A DNA stretch of 64,000 nucleotides from a virus. Lineage: Duplodnaviria; Caudoviricetes. The translations under genes were made by a program, and so were the position numbers. Shown one piece after another: positions 14,692 to 26,807 of this stretch; within the stretch, counting starts at the first letter, position 1, and every line of letters starts with the position of its first letter. The DNA is taken from positions 36,969 to 100,968 of IMG/VR virus record IMGVR_UViG_3300037400_002350. One strand, 5' to 3'. Under the pieces are notes generated by a model, which had not been told where the DNA came from, ran no database searches, and saw nothing but the letters and a program-made list of their open reading frames with translations.

Positions 14692-17600
14692 TAGCTGTAA
14701 GATTGTCTAAATTTAGTTATTATATGTGAGATTGCAAAGTCCTATTTAGGAGTAGCATCTGTGATCTTTACTGTCATCCATTTACCACGCATACGAAGTT
14801 GTGGTGTAACTTTGTAGTTTGGATCTTCTCCAGACTCTCTTGGAATGGTATAACATATGTTATGCTCTCTATCTGTTACTCTTCCTAGTGGTAATTGTTG
14901 GTTGTCTAGTAACCAACCTAATGAAACGTTGCTTGTTCCAGCATTTGCGTCTGTTTTGAATTCAAGCTGTTGTGTGTATGGAGTACTCCAATTTTTAGCT
15001 GCTACAACAATCTTTTGGTTGTCAAACACCTTCGTTTGTGACGGACTATTGTTTACTGCAAATTGTAAAACTGTAGGCGATAATAACTCACCACCATTAG
15101 TAGTCAAGTAATTAAACTATCTATATTTTATAGTTTTGTTTAACCCATACAAAACGTTGTTAAAATACAACATCTTATCGTACGGTCTACTGTATATTGC
15201 AGTAGCTATATTGTACTTTGTGTTAAATATTAACTGGTTGTCACCAAAACATTTACATAATAATTCGGAGTTCTACAAGTCATAATCAATTTCAGGTACA
15301 TCTGTCGTTATGTTCTTGTTTATCAGGTTTTGTACATTCAACATCTCACCGTAATTAGTAACTCCGTTTTGTGTATTAGCTACAACAGCTTTGTTTAAGA
15401 TGTCTATCCAGAATAATCCGTTTTCTGTATTAATAGCAGAATAATCTTCTAGACGCATACCATACTTAGTGCTAAGATAGTCTGTACGCTATAGCACACC
15501 ACCTTGACCGAGTTGGATAGTATTGCTGTTATTGTCTGTAATAAGGGATCTTTCATTTACACTTAATTTACCAAACGCTCTATTTTGCCAGAAGAATATG
15601 GTATCGTTTGCAGAAAGTAGATTTGTTACTTCCCCATATCTAGTATCTGCATCTATATAGTCTACAGGTTTAAAGATGTTCCAACTATCTATCTGTTCTC
15701 CGTTGTCTTTATGCTATGAATAACAAATTCTCTGTGGGAATTGGTTAGTTCTAGATTCCAATGGTTGTGCAGTATATACAGAAACACTAGTGTTATTGTC
15801 TGAGTATATCTAATTATACTAATGTAGTGGTCTGTCTTGAGTTGTCACATTCGTAATAGACCCAGGTTCCAACTGTAGATTCTTATTCTATGTATTACGA
15901 TAATTCATACCGTAATCAAAATAAGTATTTACTGTAGATTCCATAGGTGCTCTACATATGTATTGGTTTGATATGATGTTGTCATTCAATGACTTAAAAT
16001 CGTATGCTTTAAACATTGTGACAAACTCACACATCGTTGTATACGCATCTCCATCAAATACTATCGCTTTTCCAACACGTGGCTGGTTTTCATTAACGGT
16101 TTGTGGCAATGCGTGATAGTTTCCAAACCCATAATACGGAGTATACAATTTCTGATCGTCAGTATACTCACTAAAAGAATTATTTATAATGTTGACAACA
16201 ATAGCAGTTGGGAAATATCTAACCGGAGAATCCTCCGATTCTAGCGTATATGAAAAACTACTTCCGTTTCCACTAAGCTCAGCTAAAAAACATATAGGGC
16301 CTGGCCCTATTGGAGCATGTACTATAGGATTCTTTGGATGCTATTCGGTATTATTAGTTGGATTGAAATTTGTTTTAAAATCGTAATGAACCGCATCATT
16401 ATAAACCCTGAGTCCCGCTTTGGCTTCATCACTACTTATATCTGCAAACCGAACATCGCTCTTTGCCTCTTCTGCACTTATTGGCAAATCGTATAATCCA
16501 TTACAAACCCAATTTACATACTCGTATTGGCCGATAGACGTATTATATGTTTTGTACTACTTTACACCGTTTACAATCCTGGAATCACTAGAGTTTGTAT
16601 CGATTTGCGAGAATCCAGAATACCACAATGCGTTTTTGACATCCTTTATACGCTTTATCTAAATTGTAGGAACGTCGGCTTCTAGCTCATAAAGCTGTGT
16701 ATAATCAAAAACGCCACAGGTTGTTGGCTTGTCTTTATAGTTTTGTGTTGGTATATGTTCCGGAAATAACTAAATTGGATCAGCATTTGTACTCGTTGTG
16801 TCAGAATAAAATACTGCATTCGCCGTATGATATACGGGTGACATACTCAACGTACTGTTTGACAACACGTTTAGTATATCTTGACGTCTAAATAATATTT
16901 CTGGTGAAAAGACCTATACCAAGTCCTAAGTATGCTGTGTTTGTGCAACTCTTATTACAGAATTAGTATCTGAAACATACAGTCGTGTGTTTTCTTCGTT
17001 CACCGCGTCCTATATGTCCTATATAACGCCTGGTAGACCAGGATGCAAATCCTCGTCCTATATTGCATTGAAAACAACAGTTGCAAAATCTGTCGGTGTA
17101 GTAGATATTATCGGGGTGTACGAACTGTTGATTACAGAATTAATTTGATTTGTAAACCCGACCATGTCAGATTCATTTAACAAACTGAGTGGCTTTACTA
17201 GAAAATCAGCTGTTGTGGCACTATACAAAATTATGTCTGACAAGACCTAATCCGCATCATTTTCACTAACACTATTGTGCAATTCTGTGTTTGCCGTATT
17301 TAAAATATACTAAGGATAAGCTGGTGTATATTTGTTGTCTCCCAATGGTTCACTAACAGGTCTAGATAATATTGACGTTAACAACATCTTAGAAGTTGCT
17401 GGAGTTTTTTCACACCTTACTATCTCATATCCTATAATGTCAGTATAAGTGTTCGGTATTGTTACTGTAGCGTGGATACCTATAGGTAGCGCAAACAACG
17501 TGTTTGTAGAGTTGTCGTAATACCAAGATGGTATTATTTTTTCAGTCGGTATCGTCACTTCTTGTTGACATATAACGTCACTATGAGTACCGTCTTTTTT

Positions 17601-19196
17601 ATACAATACCAACCCATAAAGGTATGTTTCACCGCGCTTTAACGACCTACACATACTAGACACAAACATGTCATCGTAACTGCCGCAGTTGTTTATATCT
17701 ATACCACACGACTATAAATAATCCTATATACCAAACCCTGTAACATTGTCAGAAAAGTTATTTAACGGATTTGTTCTTATATCGTTTATGACCTGATCTA
17801 TTGTAGATACCACGTGATATACATTATCAATGGTGTGATTTACTGATTCGTTGACAGTAGTTGTCAATTCTGCAATGAATTGTGCAATCTATTCGGCATT
17901 CGTGTCCTCTTGTTGATTTGGATTAGTATTGTTTCCATCTCCTCCATGCCAGTTGTCTACTGTTGGTACAGTCAACGAAAAATTCTCTTGAATATGGTTA
18001 GTGCCTGGAGAATTATTGCTGCTTGGAGGGTTGTATGAAAATATTGGTCTGTATATATTATCAATTTGGTTTTCTGATTCTACAACAATATTGCTAATAG
18101 CAACATCCAACTATAACGATATGTCGTTTCCTACAGTGAACACTGTGTCATCTTTCACATTTGCAGCAAACATATATCCTTGGTTCTGTTCTATAACCTT
18201 TGGTATCAATGTTTGAGTATTTAATGCTGCAAATTCATCTAGACTTAACTCCTATAACGCATCCTCTCCGGTATCAACTATGTCGAATGCGTTACCAGGT
18301 TTGAGCATTACGTCTTTAACAATACTTATTTCTGGAACTTGTCCTGCAACAACATAAGAAACACGTATCAGCTACAAATGATCAAACATGTCATGTATTT
18401 GGTCATTCAACGGTATTGACAATGACATACCTATTGTTGTAGTGGTGTTTTCTGCGTTTCCTTGTTCTGTATCTCTGTTGCTGTTGATTATTTGTATCTT
18501 GTTTGTAAGCGGAGCAAGCTTGCTAAATATACCATACCTTTTGTAGAATCTGTAAGTATACTGTACTTGCTGTGTTTTTAACTTACCAGAAATAGTACCG
18601 TTGATTATTGCTTTGTCAGAAGGAAAGTATTTGCCGGACACTAAATCGTCATCTGTATAATTTGGGTTTGTCCCACCTTCCACAAACAATTGCATTATAC
18701 CGTGGTATCCGTCAGCTATATATAACTTGATTATGCCCTCCTGTTCTTTGTTTAAGACTATGGAAAACTTATCCTTATCTGTAGTACTCTTGCTTTCATA
18801 TAGTATACTAGGTGTTAACCAATTGCCGTCTTTAACGACCTTATATACTTTCCATTTACGCGCTACTGATTCTACAGCAGGGTCTTCTATATATCTTACT
18901 ATGACTACACCGATATTTCCAATTGATCCTGTTGCAAGAATTCTGTCGACGTTTCCCAAAGTTATAAGTGGCGTTTCCTCACCTATGATTATAGGTGTCA
19001 CCAACCCCTCTTTACTATTCGGATCGATATTTGGTCTAGCATTGTCATTTGCGAGTAATACGTTGCTCGATATACGGATGTTCTAACCGAAGATGTATTG
19101 ACCTTCAGCAACAGCATCTAACGCTGTATCCGTATTCATACCTTTGTTGAAGGTGTTTATTTGATAATTCTGTCCATCGTTTCGATTAGTATCCAT
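14691..19196 (-). CDS. Tail muzzle / stabilization protein (P22 gp10-like), ~1,501 aa
   Basis: Seven in-frame fragments joined by TAG; N-terminus MDTNRNDGQNYQINTFNKGMNTD and C-terminal RMRGKWM resemble crAss-like tail stabilization proteins. Confidence 0.8.
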
Positions 19197-20028
19197 AATA
19201 ATAATCATTTAATATTGTTTCTCTACTACTTTGATTTTCAAAGTTAGTGAGCCTTGAATCGTATTCTGGAACTAGTTTGTTCCAATCGTTTCGTATAGCT
19301 TCCATGTCATCTGCAGTAGGCATCATAGCTTCAGCATATGCTTGATTTCTATAGAAGTTCCATTGCTGTTGCATGTAGCTGTACAACGTATAGCCTGTAT
19401 TAACGCCTTTCCTTACATTGCCGCCAAGCTCACCGCTAAGCAGTTTAGGGAAATTGAGCTTCATAACTACATACCAGTATACAGCTTCTTGGTATGAAGT
19501 AGTATCAGGTATCAGAGGATATCCTCTTTCGTCAGTAGCTATTGTTTTATATGCAAGCTTTACAAATCCTGTAGGTCTATTTACTACTAACCAACCAGGC
19601 TTTATGAAATACTTTACTTCGCCCTTGTCTTCATACAATGCTTTGACTTTGGGATCCTATAAAGTATAGAACTATGACTATGATGTTATGATCTTATGTC
19701 CTTCAGGTTGATGGTGGTGAAACGGAGGTCTCCGCTTTGGTTCTTTAAACACACCAGTATTCTTATTCATCAGTTTAAATCCACCTTTAGGAGACTCTGA
19801 ATAAGCAGCTCCATCTAGCACCTATAGACCATCTGGAAGTGGAATTTGATGATCCTATACTTCAAATACGGCCTCTTTACTGATATACTACATAGGAGCA
19901 CCAATCTTGTCTACGGCTTCAAAGATCCATTCACGTATGTCTGTAGTACGCTATGCTACTTCTGAAGAATCTAAATCAGCCATAATTTTAGCAATGACTG
20001 ATTCACACTTTGTATAATTGTATATCAT
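19186..20028 (-). CDS. Tail ring / tubular protein (P22 gp4-like), 280 aa
   Basis: Extends upstream of ORF 19186..19638 through TAGs to ATG 20028 (MIYNYTKCESVIAKIMADL); contains DERGYPLIPD...EAVYWY. Confidence 0.75.
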
Positions 20029-20461
20029 TTATTTCTAAATAATCTTGTTTATTGAATATCAACTAAGCCAAATACCGTTTATTTTCTCTAACCAAACACA
20101 ACTAATACCTATATCTATCAGGAAAGGTCTAGGGGATCCTAGACCAGTGCATTCGATATTTAAACATGTTTGAGTGTTCGTTGAGGTGATATATCGTTTT
20201 TCCTAGTTCTTTGCTCGCCTTATAATCTACAGACAATGAAGAACTGTCAAATGATTTTGGTTTATATTTGCCTATCTAAATAAACCCTAAGCCAAAGGGC
20301 ATTTTAAAGCCCTCAGAGCGATTTAAGACGTGATCTAGAATAACATTACACATTTCATCTAATATGCGAATGTAGAGGCTGTATGGCACGTCTATGGCTA
20401 AATTACGATACATATCACTAAACGTGTACGCTTTTTTATTTTTCTTGATCTTGTGGTCCAT
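20003..20461 (-). CDS. IHF/HU-like protein of the crAss tail module, 152 aa
   Basis: ORF 20276..20461 reads through TAGs to TGA at 20003; FKMPFGLGFIQIGKYKP...IYHLNEHS; same position as IHF-like genes in crAss-like phages. Confidence 0.6.
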
Positions 20462-21188
20462 TTGGTTTTACACTAGCTAACGTTGAGTTATTGCTATCAT
20501 CGCTAGGTCTATTAAGCATGAACGCCAATTCATTCTTCAATATCCTTTCTTTAATTCCTGGGACCATCCATGCTGGAATCTTAATATTGTTTTCATCCAG
20601 GTCATTATCGTCGTCATCACCATCTCCTCCGTCCTCTTCGTCTTCTTTTTCGTATAGACCTAGTACATAAACATATTGGAGGATCCCTTGATCTTGTAAA
20701 CCTTGTACATATACATGCTTATCTGTAGGCATGTAGTATGCAGTAAGCTCCCCAAATGTATACTTACGATTATTGTGGTAATGTCTACGAATATGGTTCA
20801 TTAATTGTATATTCTCCCCGTCAGCATCATGTACAGCTAAGATACTAGATCTCGCGTCGTCCATCAAACCTTCGAAAGTGTCTCTAGTTCTTCTAGTATA
20901 ACTAAAAGACCCATCGCGTAGTTCTACTGGTTCTAGCTCATGTTCTGTTTCTTTTACGTAGAAATAATCCTCATCTAGCGCATCTAACAACGCTTGTAAA
21001 GACATCTACTTCAGCTGTTTTATCTAAGCTTTTAACGCATCTTTACGTTCTTTCCACAGCTGTCTACGATAAGCACGAACCCATAAACCAATCTACGCTC
21101 TAGATAGGTCTTCACTTTCGCTTATGTTGTTGTTTCTAACAAGGAGAAGTATATCGTCTATTATTTCTTGTAGAGTAATATACTTCAT
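20436..21188 (-). CDS. Tail ring protein, 250 aa
   Basis: Extends upstream through TAGs to ATG 21188 (MKYITLQEIIDDILLLVRNNNISESEDLS). Confidence 0.65.
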
Positions 21189-21189
21189 T

Positions 21190-21840
21190 TTATTTTGCTT
21201 CTATGACTCTTACATCAGATGTCTTTAGTAGGTCGTTAGTATTTACTATGTCATACTTATATCTGTCAACCTTCTTAAAGTCCCAAGTAAAGAGTCGCTT
21301 TATAAATGATTTCTTGTTTTTATACTCTCTAGTATGATATACGAATAAGTACTACTCATTCTTTACATCTAGACCTACACTAACAGTGTCTTTACCTATA
21401 GTGTAGTATACAGTAGTAAGGTCATTATATTTGATACTATCGCTATATGTAGTATCTTTAACTAATATCTCACCTCCTACCTCCTTACTAGCTATAACGT
21501 TGATAACCTAGGTTTGAGTTGCAGCGGTTGCAACTTGTTTAGGTTTTATTTTATTTTCTCGCATTACGCTGTCCATTTTGCGTAATATTGAATCGTTTGA
21601 CTGCTGTAGTTCTTCCATGTCTAGCTTTAAAACATTTAAAGCCTGCTAGGAATTGGTAAACAACCCCTAGTAGGCTTCAACATTATTCTGAGCTAATTCT
21701 AAGCTCTCTGAGAGCTTTTTATTCTCTTTATGTAAGTTTATACACCAAAAGCATAAAAATGCAATAGCGAGCGCGAAAACAGCCTTTAAAACGATCTTAT
21801 AGTGGTTCTTAAACCACATCAGTATCGTCATCAATTCCAT
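21190..21840 (-). CDS. Spanin-like (Rz/i-spanin type) membrane-anchored coiled-coil lysis protein, 216 aa; absent from the ORF track
   Basis: Open only if TAG=Gln (4 TAGs); N-terminal TM segment IVLKAVFALAIAFLCFWCI followed by a coiled coil; directly downstream of the holin. Confidence 0.6.
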
Positions 21841-22060
21841 TGGTCTTTTTTACAAAAGTTTTCAATTCACTTACTCTATCGTTTACGTACATGGTAGTTC
21901 CGAATACACCAGCAGCAAATACTAATACTTCACCGACATATCCGAGAATTCCGCTGGTAAGATCGCCAGTCTAAAAGTATTGAACAAACGCTAAAGTAAT
22001 ACCACTCAATGCAGCAATCACTGCTGTAGCATACTGAGTCTTATTTCTCCAATCTTTCAT
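21809..22060 (-). CDS. Holin, 83 aa, two predicted TM segments; absent from the ORF track
   Basis: MKDWRNKTQYATAVIAALSGITLAFVQYF(TAG)TGDLTSGILGYVGEVLVFAAGVFG...; charged C-terminal tail; next to the endolysin-like gene. Confidence 0.7.
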
Positions 22061-22063
22061 GGC

Positions 22064-22534
22064 TTATTCTATTGTTATAGTTATACTCTCACCTCTATCG
22101 CTAGCGTGTTTCATCAACTCATAAAGCGTTATAAATACCTCTTTACTGTTGGTCAAACCGCCTTTAACCTTATTATGGCCTACCAAGATACAGCCTGCTG
22201 ACTGTGTTGCTTTAGTGCCTACATGAATCAGTATACCGTCATAACCTGGCACATTAAGCACTCTTGGCACTTTACCACCACATACATCTCTATAAAACTG
22301 TTTCTGATTGAACTTAGGACTGACAGCATCCATGGCAACTTTGTATTTGCCAGTAGGAATAGCAGTCTGAGAATAAATCTTGATCTTCTTAATCTCATCA
22401 AGACTCATAGTAGACTTAAGCCCTCTGTCTTTATCTTCACAAGTGTTACAGAACCAAACTCCGTTAACGTAAAGATTCCCTATCGTGTAAGTGTCCTTTT
22501 TCCAGGCGCGTTCCAATTTTAGTTCCATACTCAA
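22064..22534 (-). CDS. DUF5675-like L,D-transpeptidase-fold peptidoglycan enzyme (probable endolysin)
   Basis: LKLERAWKKDTYTIGNLY...CNTCED...TAIPTGKY...GILIHVG...SAGCILVG (His/Cys motif); ATG at 22528 is the likely start. Confidence 0.75.
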   Translation of the reverse strand: MSMELKLERAWKKDTYTIGNLYVNGVWFCNTCEDKDRGLKSTMSLDEIKKIKIYSQTAIPTGKYKVAMDAVSPKFNQKQFYRDVCGGKVPRVLNVPGYDGILIHVGTKATQSAGCILVGHNKVKGGLTNSKEVFITLYELMKHASDRGESITITIE

Positions 22535-23310
22535 TCTCCTTCATACCAGTCAACCAGTTCAGAGATGTTAAGCGTAACATCATCGTCACTGTTTGCCAAA
22601 TCAAACAATACTTCTGTTCCATTATCACCTCTGTTCAACACTGCACTCTCCAGATACCTGTCATTTCCATCATATTCTATAGGCTGATCCGGATCATCTG
22701 GTATGATAGTACTATCACCATTGATCTCTATATCTGAAATACCACTGGGGAAACCAGTAGCAGTTGGAGTTAATGTTACAATAGACTCATAACTAACAGA
22801 AACTACTCGAATATTATTGAAGTGGTAATTACTGTCATACAGTCTAGCATTGATTACCAAATCGTATTCACCAGCTTTCTTCTGTAATACTGCTGGGAAA
22901 TATATCTCTACTGTAGATCTGTCTGCAGTATAGTAGACTGCAGCTTTTACCACATCTGGTCCAGTTTGTAAGAATCTATGGTTCTTAGCAAATGGAGCAA
23001 CTCCAAAACCTGCGTATACGGGTGCACAAGTGCCAACTGGCCTTGTGTTATACCCGTAAATACCAGGATTGTTCAAGCAACATATTGTAGATCTCAGATT
23101 GTTTACACAAGGTTCAATAGGATATCTACGTAGGAACTTGAAATGCTTTTTGTTTTCTTCAGCCTTTATACGTAAATCTTTATGTATGAAATAAGCATCA
23201 ACGGATTGGATATTAACTGTATGTGATTGATCTTCTCCAACAAGTCTAACGTTTATTTTAACGTCAGACTTTAGCATTGCAGTTATCTTATTCTCCGTCT
23301 GCATAGTCAA
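22531..23310 (-). CDS. Putative structural protein (tail hub-like), 259 aa
   Basis: Intact ORF inside the virion module; function inferred from position only. Confidence 0.5.
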   Translation of the reverse strand: MTMQTENKITAMLKSDVKINVRLVGEDQSHTVNIQSVDAYFIHKDLRIKAEENKKHFKFLRRYPIEPCVNNLRSTICCLNNPGIYGYNTRPVGTCAPVYAGFGVAPFAKNHRFLQTGPDVVKAAVYYTADRSTVEIYFPAVLQKKAGEYDLVINARLYDSNYHFNNIRVVSVSYESIVTLTPTATGFPSGISDIEINGDSTIIPDDPDQPIEYDGNDRYLESAVLNRGDNGTEVLFDLANSDDDVTLNISELVDWYEGD

Positions 23311-23315
23311 TCAGT

Positions 23316-24491
23316 TTACGCGCTAAAGTCCTCAGTTTCAGCATCAGCTGGTTGATAAGCAGGGCCAGTATAAACAGGCTTTTCAACTGCGCCAGCAAAT
23401 GCAGCAAGAATTGCATCAATTGTGTTAGTGCTACCGAAGTTGCCCAAGAAATACAACTCTACAGTCTGCTTAGTCTTACGCATCAGATCATCTGCAGTGT
23501 GATACATGTTCTCGAATTCGAGAGTTACCGCATTGTAGTTCTCGGCGATATTGACGTTCATAGCAGGTTGTACAATTGGCCAAGTGCCTTCACCATGGTT
23601 CAGGATGCCCATGTAACCAAGAGCAGCCTGCTCACGATCACGTACAAGCTTACCAGAAGCAGCATACTGGAATCCAGGAGTCTTAGTGATGATCAAACCC
23701 TGTGGGAAGTTCTTGTTCAAAGCAGCCCATCCTTCAGCTGCAGGATCAGTCCAATAAATGTTAGCGTTGAAGCGAACCTTATCAAAACGGTTGAGGCTTT
23801 CTGCACTGTTATCGTCGTCATAAGGCATTGCTGTCAAAATAACAGCGTTGGCTCCACTCTCAGAACCAGAAGCTGTAGCAGCAATTGTGTCTGGGTCTCC
23901 AGCATTTGAACCAGCAGAAGCAGTACCAAGAGATGCTATAACACGAGCGCGTTTTACTTGCTTGTTAATAAGGTTTACAATGCCTTTAACAATCGAGTTA
24001 ACTGTGTCACCTGCAACTGTTACGTACTCATAGCTCTCAGTCCACTTGCGATAACGAGTTGGAAGATCTTTGAAAGTAAGACGTACGATAATACGCTTTC
24101 CACCTTCAGCCCACTTGTTAGTAACTGTAGAAGGGATACTTCTGAAGTTAAGACTAACAGAATCCTCAGTTACAACAGCAGATGTTTTGCTCAACTTAGA
24201 GAACTTCTTTATATCATCACGATTGATGATGTTAGACCAGCGAATAACTGGTACTGTGCTGCTAACCTTTGTCTGAGGGTTAACAAAGTGTGAAGTTTCA
24301 CCAGTAAACATACCAACCTTGATACGCTTAACCGTTGCATCCATTCCTTCAGCAGTGCTTATTATAGCGTTAGTATCAGCGTTTATTACAACGTACTTTC
24401 CATTGTCAGCACCGTTTGTATTAGTAAGAGCGCTTGCTACATTAGTACCGCTAACGTTGCTTACAAGCACTGTATTTACATATGTAATCAT
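23316..24491 (-). CDS. Abundant structural protein (auxiliary capsid protein-like), 391 aa
   Basis: Intact TAG-free ORF with codon style like the major capsid gene; lies in the head-tail module. Confidence 0.55.
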   Translation of the reverse strand: MITYVNTVLVSNVSGTNVASALTNTNGADNGKYVVINADTNAIISTAEGMDATVKRIKVGMFTGETSHFVNPQTKVSSTVPVIRWSNIINRDDIKKFSKLSKTSAVVTEDSVSLNFRSIPSTVTNKWAEGGKRIIVRLTFKDLPTRYRKWTESYEYVTVAGDTVNSIVKGIVNLINKQVKRARVIASLGTASAGSNAGDPDTIAATASGSESGANAVILTAMPYDDDNSAESLNRFDKVRFNANIYWTDPAAEGWAALNKNFPQGLIITKTPGFQYAASGKLVRDREQAALGYMGILNHGEGTWPIVQPAMNVNIAENYNAVTLEFENMYHTADDLMRKTKQTVELYFLGNFGSTNTIDAILAAFAGAVEKPVYTGPAYQPADAETEDFSA

Positions 24492-24570
24492 AATTTCTTA
24501 AATTTTTTCTACTCCCCCTATACACAAGGCTAGACCTAACTAGCTGGGGTTTCCACGTTAAAATTTATTT

Positions 24571-25263
24571 TTATTCTTGAGTGAGTACCTCTTGAGTAAG
24601 AGACTTATAACGCTCTTCACTCTGGTTTTCCAGATACATCTGAGCTGCCATTTTAATAATCTCATACATAGTTGTATCTTGGAAATCAGGGTACTCTTGA
24701 TCATATTGATCTCCAAGAACTATTTCAGCTGGTTTACGAATGTATCCCAGTGTATACTTCTCAATCTGATAGTTTTTATCAGTAAGTAGAGAGCATCCAT
24801 TAGAGTTTCTCACACGTAATGGTCTTGCTCTGTGATTCTTATAATGAAAGTCTGTAAGACTATTATTCACGCGATACATAAAACTATCACGAGTACATTC
24901 AAACACACAAGTGTTCATCTTATGTCCACCGTCATTGTCGCTTATTATCACATCTTCATTTAGTACAAACATGAACTATTGTGGATATTCATATTCATAA
25001 CTATTGTAAGATGGGTTTGCATCGTCTGTGCTAACCGGAGTCAGATCTTCTGTTACAAACAAGTTAATCAAATCTGATCTACGTTTCTCTGTTTCTTCTA
25101 CTCCAGTGTGATGAACAAAGTCACCATTGAATCTAAGCTTTATGAATTTGTGTACACCTTGATTCAACCAGAACAATGAATCGTCTATAGCAGGCTTCCC
25201 AATAACGTCGTCAAGTTTATTTATTTCGCGTTCAAAGTTTGCTACTATTTCTATGTTCGTCAT
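24571..25263 (-). CDS. Tail ring protein, 230 aa
   Basis: ORFs 24976..25263 and 24571..24972 are in frame across one TAG; YIRKPAEI...MYEIIKMAAQMYLE resembles the neighbouring ring paralogues. Confidence 0.7.
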
Positions 25264-26000
25264 TGTTCATCTTCTTTTTGTCTACGCTTCTGTTCTTTTT
25301 GTGCTGCTTCTTTTTCTGCATCCAATTGCCCTTTAGCATAAGTTAAATAAAGCTGTACTGCAGTTTCTACTAGTTGTTCGAAGCATACGTATGGCATCTC
25401 ACACGGGGTTTCTGTAAACAGACTCATGTTCTTTGGAAGTCTGTAATAATACAAAACAACATGAAATATAGTAGTATACTTATCACAGATCAAATGGAGC
25501 TTGTTTTCGTCTATAACCGCAATCGGTCTACGAAGAATAATGCCTTCATCAAAATATTCATTCACATAACGAGAGAAGTCTTCGTGTCTAAGAAACAAGT
25601 TCTATACTCGTTTGTTACTCTGATGTGGAGTTATTGTAGAAAGAATTTCACTATTTGATCTTATGTATGCGAAATAATCGTCAGGTAAGTTATAATATAA
25701 ACTGTTGTTTTTATTATCGTTGCTACTTTCATATTCGTCAGTAGTACTAGTACTGTCATCCAACTGTGCACGAGTTATGAGCATGCCTAATACACTACTT
25801 ATGTATTTGGACTATTCTGTGCCAGAAGGAGTGGTAATAGCCTGCGCATACAACTGATTAAATAGTTGACGCTGTGCTTCGTTAAGATAAGCGTAAATTG
25901 TTTCAGTATCTAGTTTTCGATTCACCTCAAATTGAGGATCAAGTGCCTAGAGCCGTCTTTCGAACTCTATGCCTAATTTTCTGGTTTCGAGTAGTGTCAT
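25260..26000 (-). CDS. Tail ring protein, 246 aa
   Basis: Fragments 25602 and 25260 join through TAGs; ATG 26000 overlaps the upstream TGA; YYRLPK...CEMPYVCFEQLVETAVQLYL. Confidence 0.7.
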
Positions 26001-26791
26001 GATTCAAGTGCTCTAGTTTGTTCTTTCATTTGTAAACGAGGAGATTCGACGGTCTCTAATGCCATCACTATCGCAAGGTTGATAAGCTCTTCTGCCATGC
26101 TGTCATTAAGCTCAAACTCGTATTGAACGTTTTGTCCGTTTACCACGTGTCCATGAAACGCATCGCTATCGTCCTCCAAAATAAAAGGTTGAGGACGTTT
26201 AACATACGTAATTATAACACCTCCGTGATATGCGTCATACGGATATTTCTTTCCGAAATCGACATCTGTTTGCGGATCAATATAACCTGTAAACGGGTCT
26301 GTCGCTACTAATAAGTGGTTTCCTTCGAGACATCCGACAGGGGTTTTTATCCACGGGATGTTAGAAGAAGATGCAACAAAGTTATCAAATTGAGCGTGAT
26401 TTACAAGCCTGATCGGATCCTTTGTTATACGTTTGCCCGCTCCTACACGATCGTCGATCTCTGTGTATATCTTCGCGTTTACGAAATACAGATAATCTGG
26501 TATTGATAATTCGTATGGCGTGACATTGCTAACCTGGGTGTTATAATCTATATCACCAGGTATAGGTTCTGTAGTTTTAATCAACGGTCTCAGATCTTCA
26601 ATAGCTTTGATGTCTATTTCGAATGGAGCACGTCTAGGATTATTACCTGTGAGCTTTTGTGCAATAAGAGCAAGATAAGCTTTATCAAGAATCGTACCTA
26701 TCTCGTATACAGTTAGCGACGGATATGACGAAGTAATATTCTGCTTGTCATATTCGATTAAAAATTTAGTGTATATATCACTATACGTCAT
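25997..26791 (-). CDS. Tail ring protein (head-tail adaptor), 264 aa
   Basis: Intact ORF; YVKRPQP...ELNDSMAEELINLAIVMALE paralogous motif. Confidence 0.7.
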   Translation of the reverse strand: MTYSDIYTKFLIEYDKQNITSSYPSLTVYEIGTILDKAYLALIAQKLTGNNPRRAPFEIDIKAIEDLRPLIKTTEPIPGDIDYNTQVSNVTPYELSIPDYLYFVNAKIYTEIDDRVGAGKRITKDPIRLVNHAQFDNFVASSSNIPWIKTPVGCLEGNHLLVATDPFTGYIDPQTDVDFGKKYPYDAYHGGVIITYVKRPQPFILEDDSDAFHGHVVNGQNVQYEFELNDSMAEELINLAIVMALETVESPRLQMKEQTRALES

Positions 26792-26807
26792 ATGTCGTTA
26801 TGTTTTA

